This document shows positions 31,278-41,493 of a stretch of DNA of 64,000 nucleotides, in pieces. Origin of the DNA: Confluentibacter lentus (lineage in GTDB: Bacteria > Bacteroidota > Bacteroidia > Flavobacteriales > Flavobacteriaceae); NCBI RefSeq assembly GCF_002806995.1, contig NZ_NIHE01000002.1:526778-590777 (forward strand), written 5' to 3'. A model generated the notes under the pieces. It saw only the letters and a list, made by a program, of their open reading frames with translations. It was not told the origin of the DNA and did not search any database. The position numbers and the translations under genes were made by a program. The stretch's first letter is position 1. Each line of letters begins with the position of its first letter.

Positions 31278-32723
31278 ATGCTATTAATTGCAACACAAGA
31301 CGCTTTTAGCTTCGGACTACCAATGACCATTATTGCCGCAGTTTTATTCGTATTTATCTTTTTTATAATCTTAGTAAGGCGTTACAAACGATGCCCTTCA
31401 GATAGAATATTAGTTGTTTATGGTAAAGTTGGCGGTGGTGAATCTGCAAAATGTATTCATGGTGGTGCCGCATTCATCATTCCTGTTATTCAAGATTATC
31501 AGTTTTTAGATTTAACGCCCATTTCCATTGAAGTTAATCTAGTTAATGCGTTAAGTAAACAAAACATTCGTGTTAACGTGCCTTCTCGTTTTACCATTGG
31601 TATTTCTACGGAGCCTGGCATCATGCAAAATGCTGCCGAAAGATTATTAGGCTTAGGTCAAAATGAAATACAGGAATTGGCTCAAGAAATCATTTTTGGC
31701 CAGTTGCGTTTGGTGGTGGCCTCCATGGATATTGAAGAAATCAATTCTGATAGAGACAAATTTTTAACCAATATTTCTGAAAGTGTAGAATCTGAGCTTA
31801 AAAAAGTAGGGTTAAAACTTATCAACGTAAACATCACCGACATTGTTGACGAGTCTGGCTATATTGAAGCTTTAGGAAAAGAAGCTGCTGCACATGCCAT
31901 TAATGCCGCCCGTAAATCGGTTGCTGAAAAAAACAGGGATGGTTCTATTGGAGAAGCAAACGCCGTACAAGACGAAAGAACCCAAGTAGCTGCTGCCAAT
32001 GCGCAAGCTGTGGAAGGTGAAAATACCGCAAAAATAGCTGTAGCTAATTCAGATTCTTTGCGTCGTCAAAGAGAAGCAGAAGCGGAACGCGTTGCTATTG
32101 CATCAGAAAAAGTACAAACAGCAAAAGCCTTAGAAGAATCGTATGCTGCTGAACAGTTAGCTGAGGCCGCCAGAGCAGAGCGTGAACGTTCGTCTCAAAT
32201 GGCCGATGTTATTGTACCTGCTGAAATTGATAAACGTAAAATAGAAATTAATGCTGAAGCGGAGGCCGAACAAATAAGAAGACTAGCAAGAGGTGAAGCC
32301 GATGCCATTTTGTTTAAAGCACAAGCAGAAGCACAAGGATTATATGAAATATTGACCAAACAAGCGGCTGGTCTGGACCAAATCGTGAAAGCGGCTGGCA
32401 ACAATTCCAAAGATGCGGTACTCTTATTAATTGCCGATAAATTGCCTGAACTTGTAAAAACACAAGCTGAAGCCATTAAAAATATTAAAATTGATAAAGT
32501 CACTGTTTGGGAAAATGGCAATGGTAAAGATGGAAAATCTTCAACGGCCAATTTCCTTTCTGGCCTGTATCAATCAGTGCCTCCATTACAAGACATGTTT
32601 AATATGGCAGGTATGGATTTGCCAGATTATTTAAAAGGGAAAGATCCTGAGAATAAAGATTCTGCAGGTAAAAAGAAACCTTCATCTGACGAAACAGATA
32701 TTGATATGGCAGAGAATAAATAA
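31278..32723 (+). CDS. flotillin-family SPFH/band-7 protein (YqiK/FloT-like)
   Basis: 481 aa. N-terminal TM, SPFH domain, then a long Ala/Glu-rich coiled coil (AEAERVAIASEKVQTAKALEES...). Confidence 0.85.
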   Translation: MLLIATQDAFSFGLPMTIIAAVLFVFIFFIILVRRYKRCPSDRILVVYGKVGGGESAKCIHGGAAFIIPVIQDYQFLDLTPISIEVNLVNALSKQNIRVNVPSRFTIGISTEPGIMQNAAERLLGLGQNEIQELAQEIIFGQLRLVVASMDIEEINSDRDKFLTNISESVESELKKVGLKLINVNITDIVDESGYIEALGKEAAAHAINAARKSVAEKNRDGSIGEANAVQDERTQVAAANAQAVEGENTAKIAVANSDSLRRQREAEAERVAIASEKVQTAKALEESYAAEQLAEAARAERERSSQMADVIVPAEIDKRKIEINAEAEAEQIRRLARGEADAILFKAQAEAQGLYEILTKQAAGLDQIVKAAGNNSKDAVLLLIADKLPELVKTQAEAIKNIKIDKVTVWENGNGKDGKSSTANFLSGLYQSVPPLQDMFNMAGMDLPDYLKGKDPENKDSAGKKKPSSDETDIDMAENK

Positions 32724-32730
32724 TAAAAGA

Positions 32731-32765
32731 AGAAATTCCACCCAAGGGTGGAATTTTTGTTTTAA
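32731..32765 (+). terminator. Rho-independent terminator AAATTCCACCCaagGGTGGAATTTttgtttt
   Basis: 11-bp stem, 3-nt loop, T-rich tail. Confidence 0.75.
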
Positions 32766-32910
32766 ATATAACTTCAACCGAGACAAAGTATCATTAGGCC
32801 AAAATAGATACCAAGTCGCGTTTAATTTGTGAATACCAATCTAACACCTCAAATACTATTTTTAATTAGATAACGTTTTCTTAACTTTGACTCACTAAAC
32901 TTTTTTAGCC

Positions 32911-33783
32911 TTGGCACTAAACTTATTGGATATTCCTCGTGTAAAAACCATTACTAAAGAGGATTTTTTTAAGCATTACTTTAAACCACAAAAGCCCGTG
33001 GTTATCGAGCGTTTTATAGACCATTGGCCAGCTTACACCAAATGGAACCTGGATTATATGAAAGCCATTGGTGGCGATATTACCGTTCCACTTTATGACG
33101 ACAGACCCGTAGATTATAAAGATGGTTTTAACGAGGCGCATGCCAAAATGAAATTGGCAGACTACATCGATTTGCTGAAACGCGAACCCACAAAATACCG
33201 TATTTTTTTATGGAATGCTATTAAGGAAATTCCTCAGTTGCAAAAAGATTTTACGTTCCCGGATTTTGGATTGAAACTCATGAAAGGGATTCCTATGTTA
33301 TTTTTTGGCGGACAGGATTCGTACACCTTTATGCATTATGATATTGATTTGGCAAACATTTTCCATTTTCATTTTGAAGGAAAAAAACAAATCATTTTAT
33401 TCGACCAAAAACAGAACGACTTTTTATATAAAGTGCCCCATTCATTAATCACTAGGGAAGATATTGATTTTGCCAACCCCGATTTTGATAAATGGCCCCT
33501 ACTTAAAAAAGCGCAAGGCTATAAAACCGAACTCAACCACGGCGAAGTGTTATACATGCCTGAAGGTTACTGGCATTATATGCGTTATATAACCCCAGGT
33601 TTCTCTATGAGTTTGCGGGCTATTGCTAGAAATCCTAAGAATTTTGGCCAAGCTGTTTACAATTTGGCAATCATGCGAAATTTTGATAACATCATGCGCA
33701 AGCTTAAAGGCCAAAAATGGATTGATTGGAAAAATGAACAAGCCATTGTAAGAACACATAGGAAGAATGGTATTGCTTTGTAA
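32911..33783 (+). CDS. JmjC/cupin-like domain protein
   Basis: 290 aa. The pattern ...WNLDYMKAIGGDITVPLY... and FGGQDSYTFMHYD resembles bacterial JmjC (cupin_8) proteins. Confidence 0.6.
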   Translation: MALNLLDIPRVKTITKEDFFKHYFKPQKPVVIERFIDHWPAYTKWNLDYMKAIGGDITVPLYDDRPVDYKDGFNEAHAKMKLADYIDLLKREPTKYRIFLWNAIKEIPQLQKDFTFPDFGLKLMKGIPMLFFGGQDSYTFMHYDIDLANIFHFHFEGKKQIILFDQKQNDFLYKVPHSLITREDIDFANPDFDKWPLLKKAQGYKTELNHGEVLYMPEGYWHYMRYITPGFSMSLRAIARNPKNFGQAVYNLAIMRNFDNIMRKLKGQKWIDWKNEQAIVRTHRKNGIAL

Positions 33784-33791
33784 CTAACGCT

Positions 33792-33890
33792 CTTGCGAGG
33801 CACGAAGCCCGTCATTGCGAGGTACGAAGCAATCTCATGATTAGAACGAAACAAGAAACAGATTGCTTCGTCGTTCCTCCTCGCAATGAT
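33792..33890. repeat. GC-rich triple motif: two direct copies and one inverted copy of TTGCGAGG-N-ACGAAGC, forming an imperfect long hairpin between convergent genes
   Basis: cTTGCGAGGcACGAAGCc / aTTGCGAGGtACGAAGCa, then the inverted copy gaTTGCTTCGtcgttCCTCCTCGCAAtga. Confidence 0.6.
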
Positions 33891-33893
33891 CAA

Positions 33894-34370
33894 TTACTTT
33901 ATCAATTCATTGGCTTTATCATACACCAAATGCGATTCCCAACCAAGGCGTAAAAAATAATCTATAAACTTCCTTTTTTTCTTCAGTTTATTGGATTCTT
34001 TAATCTGTAGTACTTTTTTTTCGGTTAAGTCATTAAAAACATCGGTATACTCCTTGTCAGATATCTCCCTAATAGCTTGATTTATATTAACTTTGCTTAC
34101 GCCCTTTTGCTTAAGTTGATAAGTTAAACGGCTTTTACCCCATTTCTTGATATGAAACTTACCGCTCACATATGTTTTGGCAAAACGTTCTTCATTAAGA
34201 AAGTTATGCTCTAAAAGATGTATTGTAATCACATCGATAGCCTCGGGTATCATGTGCATGTCCATTAATTTTTGTTGCACTTCTTGATGGCTACGTTCTT
34301 GATAGGCGCAATAATGCTCCATTTTTTTGGTAGCTTCTTGTACCGTATATGTTTTTTTGGGTGGCTGCAT
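33894..34370 (-). CDS. recX: regulatory protein RecX
   Basis: RecX-family helical repeats (...LLEHNFLNEERFAKTYVSGKFHIKKWGKSRLTYQLKQKGV...). I place the start at MQPPKK. The track ORF extends 16 codons further upstream through a Cys-rich, unlikely leader. Confidence 0.75.
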   Translation of the reverse strand: MQPPKKTYTVQEATKKMEHYCAYQERSHQEVQQKLMDMHMIPEAIDVITIHLLEHNFLNEERFAKTYVSGKFHIKKWGKSRLTYQLKQKGVSKVNINQAIREISDKEYTDVFNDLTEKKVLQIKESNKLKKKRKFIDYFLRLGWESHLVYDKANELIK

Positions 34371-34446
34371 GGTTTTCCAAAAATAACAATAACAGAAACA
34401 ACATTTGTAAAAACACAAATCTTTTAGATTTTAAAAACGTAAGCGT

Positions 34447-36765
34447 ATGGTACATAAAATTACTTTAAAACCATTATTCTCTTTTTTAGCTTTTGGCTTG
34501 TTCTTTGTAGGCTTTGGGTTTGGGCAAAGTATATTTAATAATCCAATAACCGAAAACGCTATTAACGCAGAAGTCAATAATCCCTACACAAATGGGCAAT
34601 ATTTTGACCCAAGTATTACGGTTTCAGGTATCGGAAAAGGGACGGGGGTTTCGGGTATTGCTACTGGAACAAATGATAGATATAATGTAAGAGGCTGGAG
34701 TACGGGAAGTATAGATGCCAATGATTATTTTGAATTCACCATTACCCCAAATGCAGGGTATGAAATAGATTTTGGAAATTTTGTATATACAAGTCAGGCA
34801 TCCGCAGGCGGACCTACATTATTTGCTTTTAGAAGTAGTCTAGATGGATATACCTCTAATATTGGAACCCCTTCATCAGGTGGCACAACTATAAATTTAA
34901 CCCCATATCAAAATATTACATCACCCATTACTTTTAGATTTTATGCTTGGGGTGCTGGCGCAGGCACGGGTACTTTTAGCATTGACAGTTTTACATTCAG
35001 TGGCGTAGTATCTGCGCTGCCTTGTTCTACAACAGTAACTTGGAATGGTGCTTGGAGTGGCGTGCCAAATTCAACCACAGAAGTTATTATTGCTGCCGAT
35101 TATAATACTTCAAACGGAGGCAGTGAAATAAGTTTTAGTGCCTGTAACTTAACCATAAACCCTGGAGCAGAACTGTTTGTCGCCAATGGCACTTATGTTG
35201 AAGTAGTAAATGATGTAGTTGTTGATGGCGAACTGTATGTTGAAACACAAGGTAATTTTGTGCAAAGTAGTAATTATGGGACTTTTACATTAAGTCCCGG
35301 TGGAGATTCTAGAGTTGTTAAACAAACAGCTAACAAAGCTCAATGGTATTATTACACCTATTGGAGTTCACCCGTCAATGGTCAAACCATTGAAGAGACA
35401 TTCCCAGACGTAGATGGAGACAGACGATTTTGGTATAACGCTGCAAACTATATAGATGAACATACAGTCGGCACAACCAACGGCATCCCCGATGATATTG
35501 ATGACAACAACAACGATTGGCAAATTGCTTTAGGAACTGACCCTGTTCTACCCGGCGTTGGTTATGCGGTTACTGAATCTCGGTTTCACTTTCCTGGAGC
35601 TACAGGTATAGCAACTTTTATAGGGGAATTTAATACAGGTGATATTCCAATAACAATTATAAATAATACAGAAAATATTTTCCCTGCGTTTAGCTGGAAT
35701 TTTATCGGTAATCCCTATCCTTCCGCCATTGATTTTATTACGTTTCAACAAGCTAATTCAAGTGTTATTGATGGTGCGGCTTATTTTTGGTCACAGGCTT
35801 CTCCGCCTGATGCTGCCAACCCTGGAAACCAAAATTTAAACTTCAACCTAAACGACTATGCCGTCTTTACTGTGGGCAGTGGAGGCACTGCAGGTGGTGG
35901 CCCAGATACACCAACTCAATACATTCCATCAGGACAAGGTTTCTTTGTTGCTGGTTTAGCAAATGGGACTGCTACTTTTACTAATGCCATGCGTATGGCA
36001 GACGGAACCAGTAACTTACAGTTTTTTAAAAATACAAGTGCCAAGAACAGTTCAAATGTTGTGGAAAACAAATTATGGGTTGACTTAAAATCTGATAACG
36101 GAATTTTCAACCAAATTTTGGTGGCTTATGTTGACGGCGCAACTAATGACAATGACGGTTTATCTTATGATGCCCCAAAACTTTTAACAGCTGATTATCC
36201 AGCAGCTTTATATTCAATTATTGAGAGTTCAACTCAAAAATTCGCCATTCAAGGAAAAGCAGAAAGCAGTCTAGATGCGAATGAAACCATTAAACTTGGC
36301 TTTAAAACCAGTATTAACGTTGCTACTTTGTACACTTTATCTATCGCGCAATTGCAAGGAGAGTTTTTAAAAAATAACACCATTTATTTAAAGGATAATT
36401 TATTGAATAAAGTACATAACCTATGTGGTTCCGATTATACATTTACATCAGAAGTTGGTGAGTTTAACGACCGTTTTGTAGTGATGTTCAATAACCAATC
36501 GCTATCAATCGATGAATTGGTAGCCGATACCAACACCTTAAAAATTATTGATTTGGACAACGACCGTGTTAAGTTTACAATTACCAATGATTTAAGGATT
36601 AAAACCGTGACTGTTTTTGATTTATTGGGAAGGGAGTTATATGCGTTCAAAGGGCAAAATAGCGAAGAAATATATCATCTTTCAAATCTGAAAAACAACA
36701 TTTACATCGCTAAAGTGGAACTTTCAAATGGATCTGTTATTACAAAAAAGGCGGTTAAAAAATAG
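34447..36765 (+). CDS. T9SS-sorted secreted protein, paralogous in its C-terminal ~450 aa to the 1613-5338 protein
   Basis: 772 aa. Signal peptide. Shared blocks with the giant protein (YWSSPV..., ...GNPYPSAIDF..., ...FTSEVGEFNDRFVVMFN). C-terminal T9SS sorting domain (...IYIAKVELSNGSVITKKAVKK). Confidence 0.75.
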   Translation: MVHKITLKPLFSFLAFGLFFVGFGFGQSIFNNPITENAINAEVNNPYTNGQYFDPSITVSGIGKGTGVSGIATGTNDRYNVRGWSTGSIDANDYFEFTITPNAGYEIDFGNFVYTSQASAGGPTLFAFRSSLDGYTSNIGTPSSGGTTINLTPYQNITSPITFRFYAWGAGAGTGTFSIDSFTFSGVVSALPCSTTVTWNGAWSGVPNSTTEVIIAADYNTSNGGSEISFSACNLTINPGAELFVANGTYVEVVNDVVVDGELYVETQGNFVQSSNYGTFTLSPGGDSRVVKQTANKAQWYYYTYWSSPVNGQTIEETFPDVDGDRRFWYNAANYIDEHTVGTTNGIPDDIDDNNNDWQIALGTDPVLPGVGYAVTESRFHFPGATGIATFIGEFNTGDIPITIINNTENIFPAFSWNFIGNPYPSAIDFITFQQANSSVIDGAAYFWSQASPPDAANPGNQNLNFNLNDYAVFTVGSGGTAGGGPDTPTQYIPSGQGFFVAGLANGTATFTNAMRMADGTSNLQFFKNTSAKNSSNVVENKLWVDLKSDNGIFNQILVAYVDGATNDNDGLSYDAPKLLTADYPAALYSIIESSTQKFAIQGKAESSLDANETIKLGFKTSINVATLYTLSIAQLQGEFLKNNTIYLKDNLLNKVHNLCGSDYTFTSEVGEFNDRFVVMFNNQSLSIDELVADTNTLKIIDLDNDRVKFTITNDLRIKTVTVFDLLGRELYAFKGQNSEEIYHLSNLKNNIYIAKVELSNGSVITKKAVKK

Positions 36766-36766
36766 T

Positions 36767-37486
36767 TTAATTAAAAACTTGGTTGAAAATCTGCAAGGAT
36801 TTAGGAGTTTTAAAACTTCCTAAATGCAATTCGAAATAAAGCAATAGCATATTTAAAAATGACTGTCTTTGTTTGGAAGTTATTCTTATTTCGGATAACA
36901 TATCAAAACTTGTATGCAAAAGTATCTTTAAAAGTGTTAGATTTTCGCCAGAAATAGCATATTTACTGGAAGGTTTCAACTCGAATTTCCCATCTTGAAG
37001 ATTAAAATAATCATATTCTATATTATTAACTTCGGGGTAAAACCCTAAATATTTAGTAAGCTTCAGTAAAAACACCAAATGAAAATTCGCGTATTCGTCA
37101 TGGGAATCGAACCATAACAAGGTGTTTTCCAAATAAGTGTAAAGTGTTTCGTTTTGTTCTTCTTCTTTTAATGTACTTGACAGGGCTTCAGACAAAAACA
37201 TAACAACGGCACTTTTTACAACATTGGAATGTAAACTGCTATAAAGATGATTTAATTTAACTTCTTTTATGGTGTGGAGAGAGCGGTTGGCTTTATAATC
37301 GATGACCAAAGTCAATTGGGAAAGCAACTGAAAATAAGCCGTTTGAACAATCCCTTTTTTACTTTTTAAAACACCTCTTAATAAAAAACTGAGCATGCCA
37401 TAATGCTGCATGTAACATTTTACAATAAGATCGTTGTCGCCATATTTTAATTTTGAAATAACAATACCATTTGTAGATACTAGCAT
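36767..37486 (-). CDS. recO: DNA repair protein RecO
   Basis: 239 aa. MLVSTNGIVISKLKYGDNDLIVKCYMQHYGMLSFLLRGVLKSKKG... is typical of flavobacterial RecO. Confidence 0.85.
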   Translation of the reverse strand: MLVSTNGIVISKLKYGDNDLIVKCYMQHYGMLSFLLRGVLKSKKGIVQTAYFQLLSQLTLVIDYKANRSLHTIKEVKLNHLYSSLHSNVVKSAVVMFLSEALSSTLKEEEQNETLYTYLENTLLWFDSHDEYANFHLVFLLKLTKYLGFYPEVNNIEYDYFNLQDGKFELKPSSKYAISGENLTLLKILLHTSFDMLSEIRITSKQRQSFLNMLLLYFELHLGSFKTPKSLQIFNQVFN

Positions 37487-39825
37487 TACCTAATAACCAT
37501 TAACTTAATGACTTTGGTTTCAAACGTATCTAAATCTGATAGCATGACCAGATATACTCCAGATTTCACTACATTATTAGCAAGGTTTTTACCATTCCAA
37601 TACGCTGTACCTCCATCAATTTCCAAATTAAAACCTCTATACCTTAAATTGATCCTTGATTGTGCTTCGGCTACCAAATTGCCTTCTATATCGGTGATTT
37701 TAATATTGACATTTTCAGAAATATCCTTGATTTTCACACGGTCTTCGGTAATATTAAATGTTGGCCGTACCGGATTTGGGTACACATGGGCTGCTTGCAA
37801 TGTTTCCTGAGTTCCTGAACTTCCCGAACGAAAAGACACCAATCCTTTGCTGGTTGCTATATAAACTTTACCGTTGGTTTGGTCTATAGAAATATCTGTT
37901 ATTTCATTTGATGGCAACGGGGAATTATCCGTTGTAAAATGAAAAATTGTATTTTGTCCGTCAGATGACAAATAAAAGATTCCAGAGCTTACCGTTCCAA
38001 TCCATTTGTTGTTCGAGCCATCTACTTCAATATCTGTAATTATCTGTTGAAAAAGAAGTTCTTTAGCAATGCCGTCTTCAGAAATAATGATTTCATCAAC
38101 GCTTATATCATTATCATCAAAAAAATTGGTTGTATTATAAAGCACTCTTAATCCTCTATAAGTTCCTATCCAAAGCTGATTTCTTCTATCCAAAGCTAAT
38201 GCCGTCACATAACTCATTGGCATATTTTCTTCTTCTCGGAATATTTTTTTTAACTGAAAACTATTGCCGTTTTCTTTAAACCCAATAAAACCATGTTCGT
38301 AACTGGCAATCCATTTAGTGCCATCGTTTCCAATAACCATATCACCATAGCCTAGATTTCTACTCTGTATAATATCTGTAAAACTATATGATTGCCATTG
38401 ATTGGTTGTTGGGTTATATGATTTTAATGGTCTATCTATTTGACTCGTCACTGTCCATAATAATCCTGCACTATCAAATTTAGAAGGGCCAACTCTTATA
38501 TCAACATAGTTGGGATCGGATGGTAAAACTAACGATTCCAAACCACTATTGCTTTGATTGTATAACATGGTTGGAATGTCTTCATTAACTTCTAACAACC
38601 CATTAAAAAAAGAACTTATAAATACTTGGTTATTATTAAAAGGATTTACAGAAATAGCATTTAAACACATAGCATTTAAAGCGGCACTATAAGGTGTATT
38701 TATCCATTCATCCCCGTTTAAATGACTAAAGCCAAGACTGTTTAAAGGATACGGATTGAAAAAAATATCATAATCTCCAAAAGTAACCCAAAGATTATTA
38801 GGTGTAGCCTGAATTGAAAAAGGGGTGTTTAGCAAGGGCCCTTCGGGATGTACTTCTTCATAGGTTCCTGGACTAGAGATTAGGGTTTTTAAAACACCAA
38901 AATCATGGGTTCCTATATAGATATATTCTGAATCTACAGTAGCCGATGTGAATTGTGTGCTAAATGATGGGGTAACCGCTGCTTGGGAAAGTAAATTAAA
39001 ATTAGAATCGTAAACAAAAACATTATTTATGGTGATAACTATTAAATTCCCATTAGCCGCTCTAACATCAAGGGGTGGATTGGCATATTGAAACAACTGG
39101 GACAATGTGTTATTTGTAATTTGAAAAATCCAATTATCGGTTCGTGTTGTAAATAATTTATCTTCTAAAGTTTCAATGGAAGAAAAACTTCCTGAAACAA
39201 TGGTTTGCCAATTTTGATAATCTATTAAATTCGGACTAGAAACTTGGGCTTTTCTAATACCATGTCCTTCTAAACAAGAAGCATAAATCTCGTCTCCAAT
39301 AATGGCTGTTTGGCTGACCTGAATTTGTGTTCCCAAATCTCCTACAAAATAAGTATCCCCAAATTCCAATCTATCTAAATCAAATACGGAAATGCCATAA
39401 TTTGTAGAAATATAAACCACATTTTGATAGGCATTAAAATGATTGACTCTTTTATTATTGGGTGGTATGGTTGGTTTATCAACAATATCGTTGATTGTAA
39501 GTACATTATCGTCATTATCGAATGCTATTTCTATTAATCCGTTTTCATAACCAATGATTAGCAATTCATAAGTATCACTATAGTATATGGTTGATATATT
39601 TTCACCTGATAATCCGTGAATTGTGGTAAGCTGTTCTAATTCTCTAGTTTGCTTATCATAAGTAAAAACGGCGTTTTGTGCAGCTGCATAAATTTTAGTG
39701 TCGCTTTCTACAACATCTTTTATATTATAAAAAGAAAAATGACCTTGCCATAAGGTTGAAAAATCTTGGGCAAATTGTAAAAATGGAAAAAAGTAAATTA
39801 CTAAGACAAAAATTCTTTTAATCAT
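37486..39825 (-). CDS. T9SS-sorted protein with two-component-regulator-propeller (Reg_prop) beta-propeller repeats
   Basis: 779 aa. Signal peptide. Repeated NKWIGT/QLWIGT-type propeller blades. C-terminal T9SS domain (...GVYLVMLSDLDTFETKVIKLMVIR). Confidence 0.7.
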   Translation of the reverse strand: MIKRIFVLVIYFFPFLQFAQDFSTLWQGHFSFYNIKDVVESDTKIYAAAQNAVFTYDKQTRELEQLTTIHGLSGENISTIYYSDTYELLIIGYENGLIEIAFDNDDNVLTINDIVDKPTIPPNNKRVNHFNAYQNVVYISTNYGISVFDLDRLEFGDTYFVGDLGTQIQVSQTAIIGDEIYASCLEGHGIRKAQVSSPNLIDYQNWQTIVSGSFSSIETLEDKLFTTRTDNWIFQITNNTLSQLFQYANPPLDVRAANGNLIVITINNVFVYDSNFNLLSQAAVTPSFSTQFTSATVDSEYIYIGTHDFGVLKTLISSPGTYEEVHPEGPLLNTPFSIQATPNNLWVTFGDYDIFFNPYPLNSLGFSHLNGDEWINTPYSAALNAMCLNAISVNPFNNNQVFISSFFNGLLEVNEDIPTMLYNQSNSGLESLVLPSDPNYVDIRVGPSKFDSAGLLWTVTSQIDRPLKSYNPTTNQWQSYSFTDIIQSRNLGYGDMVIGNDGTKWIASYEHGFIGFKENGNSFQLKKIFREEENMPMSYVTALALDRRNQLWIGTYRGLRVLYNTTNFFDDNDISVDEIIISEDGIAKELLFQQIITDIEVDGSNNKWIGTVSSGIFYLSSDGQNTIFHFTTDNSPLPSNEITDISIDQTNGKVYIATSKGLVSFRSGSSGTQETLQAAHVYPNPVRPTFNITEDRVKIKDISENVNIKITDIEGNLVAEAQSRINLRYRGFNLEIDGGTAYWNGKNLANNVVKSGVYLVMLSDLDTFETKVIKLMVIR

Positions 39826-39895
39826 AGGTTGTTTTCTTCACCCAAATATATTTATATATAACGAGTTTTACTTTAAAATAATATAAATTAAATGA

Positions 39896-39926
39896 AAAAG
39901 CTCCCTGTTTTATAGGGAGCTTTTAG
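39896..39926 (-). terminator. gdhA terminator aaAAGCTCCCTgttttatAGGGAGCTTtt
   Basis: 9-bp stem. On the minus strand a T-run follows the stem. Confidence 0.6.
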
Positions 39927-39950
39927 TAATTGATATTTTAAATTAAGGCT

Positions 39951-41294
39951 TTATACGATTCCTTGAGCAAGCATGGCATCGGCTACTTTAACAAACCCAG
40001 CGATGTTGGCTCCCTTTACATAGTCAACATAACCATCTTCATTTTTACCATATTTGATGCAAGAATCATGAATATTGGACATGATTTCTTTTAATTTTAA
40101 GTCTACTTCCTCTCTTGTCCAATTGTATCTTAATGAATTTTGAGTCATCTCTAAACCAGAAGTTGCAACACCACCTGCATTGGATGCTTTACCTGGTGCA
40201 TATAAAATTTTAGCTTCCTGAAACACATGAACAGCACCAAGTGTAGAGGGCATATTGGCGCCTTCTGCAACGCAAATGCAACCATTCTTCAACAACATTT
40301 TGGCATCCGCTTCATTAAGCTCATTTTGTGTGGCACATGGCAATGCAATATCGCATGTTACTTCCCAAGGAGTTTTTCCTTTTATAAATTTGGCGTTTTT
40401 ATAAGTTTCTAAATAATCACTTATTCTGCCTCTTTTTACATTTTTAATATGCATGATATGGGCTAGTTTTTCAGCATTTATACCTTCTAAATCGTAAATA
40501 TATCCAGAAGAATCAGACATGGTTAATACTTTAGCCCCCAATTGAATACATTTTTCAACAGCATATTGAGCTACATTTCCCGAGCCAGACACAACAACTT
40601 GCTTTCCAATAAAATCTTTCTCTTTTGTTTCAAGCATTTTTTGAGCAAAATAAACGGTTCCATAGCCAGTTGCTTCAGGTCTGATTAATGACCCTCCCCA
40701 AGACAATCCCTTACCTGTTAAAACGCCAGTGAACTCATTTTTTAATTTTTTATACATCCCAAAAAGGAATCCTACTTCTCTGGCACCAACACCTATATCA
40801 CCTGCAGGTATGTCTGTATTTGGTCCTATATGTCTAAATAACTCACTCATAAACGAATGACAAAAACGCATAATTTCGCCATCACTTTTCCCTTTAGGAT
40901 CAAAATCACTTCCCCCTTTACCACCACCCATGGGCAATGTGGTTAAACTGTTTTTAAAAACCTGCTCGAAAGCTAGAAACTTTAGGATGCTCATATTAAC
41001 CGTAGGATGAAAACGTAAGCCCCCTTTATAAGGGCCTATGGCGGAATTCATTTGAATTCTGTAACCTCTATTAACTTGGATCACACCCGAATCATCAACC
41101 CAACAAACTCTAAATGTTATGGCACGTTCTGGTTCTACCATTCTTAATAAAATGTTTTTGCCATAATAAATATCGTGCTTAACAATGTATGGAAGCACAG
41201 TCTCTGCAACTTCCTCAACAGCTTGTAAAAACTCGGGTTCATTACCATTTCGTTCTTTTACAAGATTTAAAAACTCTTCAACTATATTTTTCAT
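39951..41294 (-). CDS. gdhA: NADP-specific glutamate dehydrogenase
   Basis: KGGLRFHPTVNMSILKFLAFEQVFKNSLTTLPMGGGKGGSDFDPKGKS is the GDH catalytic motif. I place the start at MKNIVEEF. The track ORF begins 16 codons further upstream. Confidence 0.93.
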   Translation of the reverse strand: MKNIVEEFLNLVKERNGNEPEFLQAVEEVAETVLPYIVKHDIYYGKNILLRMVEPERAITFRVCWVDDSGVIQVNRGYRIQMNSAIGPYKGGLRFHPTVNMSILKFLAFEQVFKNSLTTLPMGGGKGGSDFDPKGKSDGEIMRFCHSFMSELFRHIGPNTDIPAGDIGVGAREVGFLFGMYKKLKNEFTGVLTGKGLSWGGSLIRPEATGYGTVYFAQKMLETKEKDFIGKQVVVSGSGNVAQYAVEKCIQLGAKVLTMSDSSGYIYDLEGINAEKLAHIMHIKNVKRGRISDYLETYKNAKFIKGKTPWEVTCDIALPCATQNELNEADAKMLLKNGCICVAEGANMPSTLGAVHVFQEAKILYAPGKASNAGGVATSGLEMTQNSLRYNWTREEVDLKLKEIMSNIHDSCIKYGKNEDGYVDYVKGANIAGFVKVADAMLAQGIV

Positions 41295-41493
41295 AGACAC
41301 AAAAAGTATTGCTTTTATTGATTTTATAATTTTTATGTGCAAATATACGTTGTATTTAAAAAATTATAGTTTTTATTTATGAAATTCATAATCAATATTT
41401 TTCAGGTCTTATCTACTAATTTATTTAAATTTGTTTGTGATGCGAGTTTTTATATATTTGTTTAATAATGCTCCAAAAAAATAAAACCTTATT

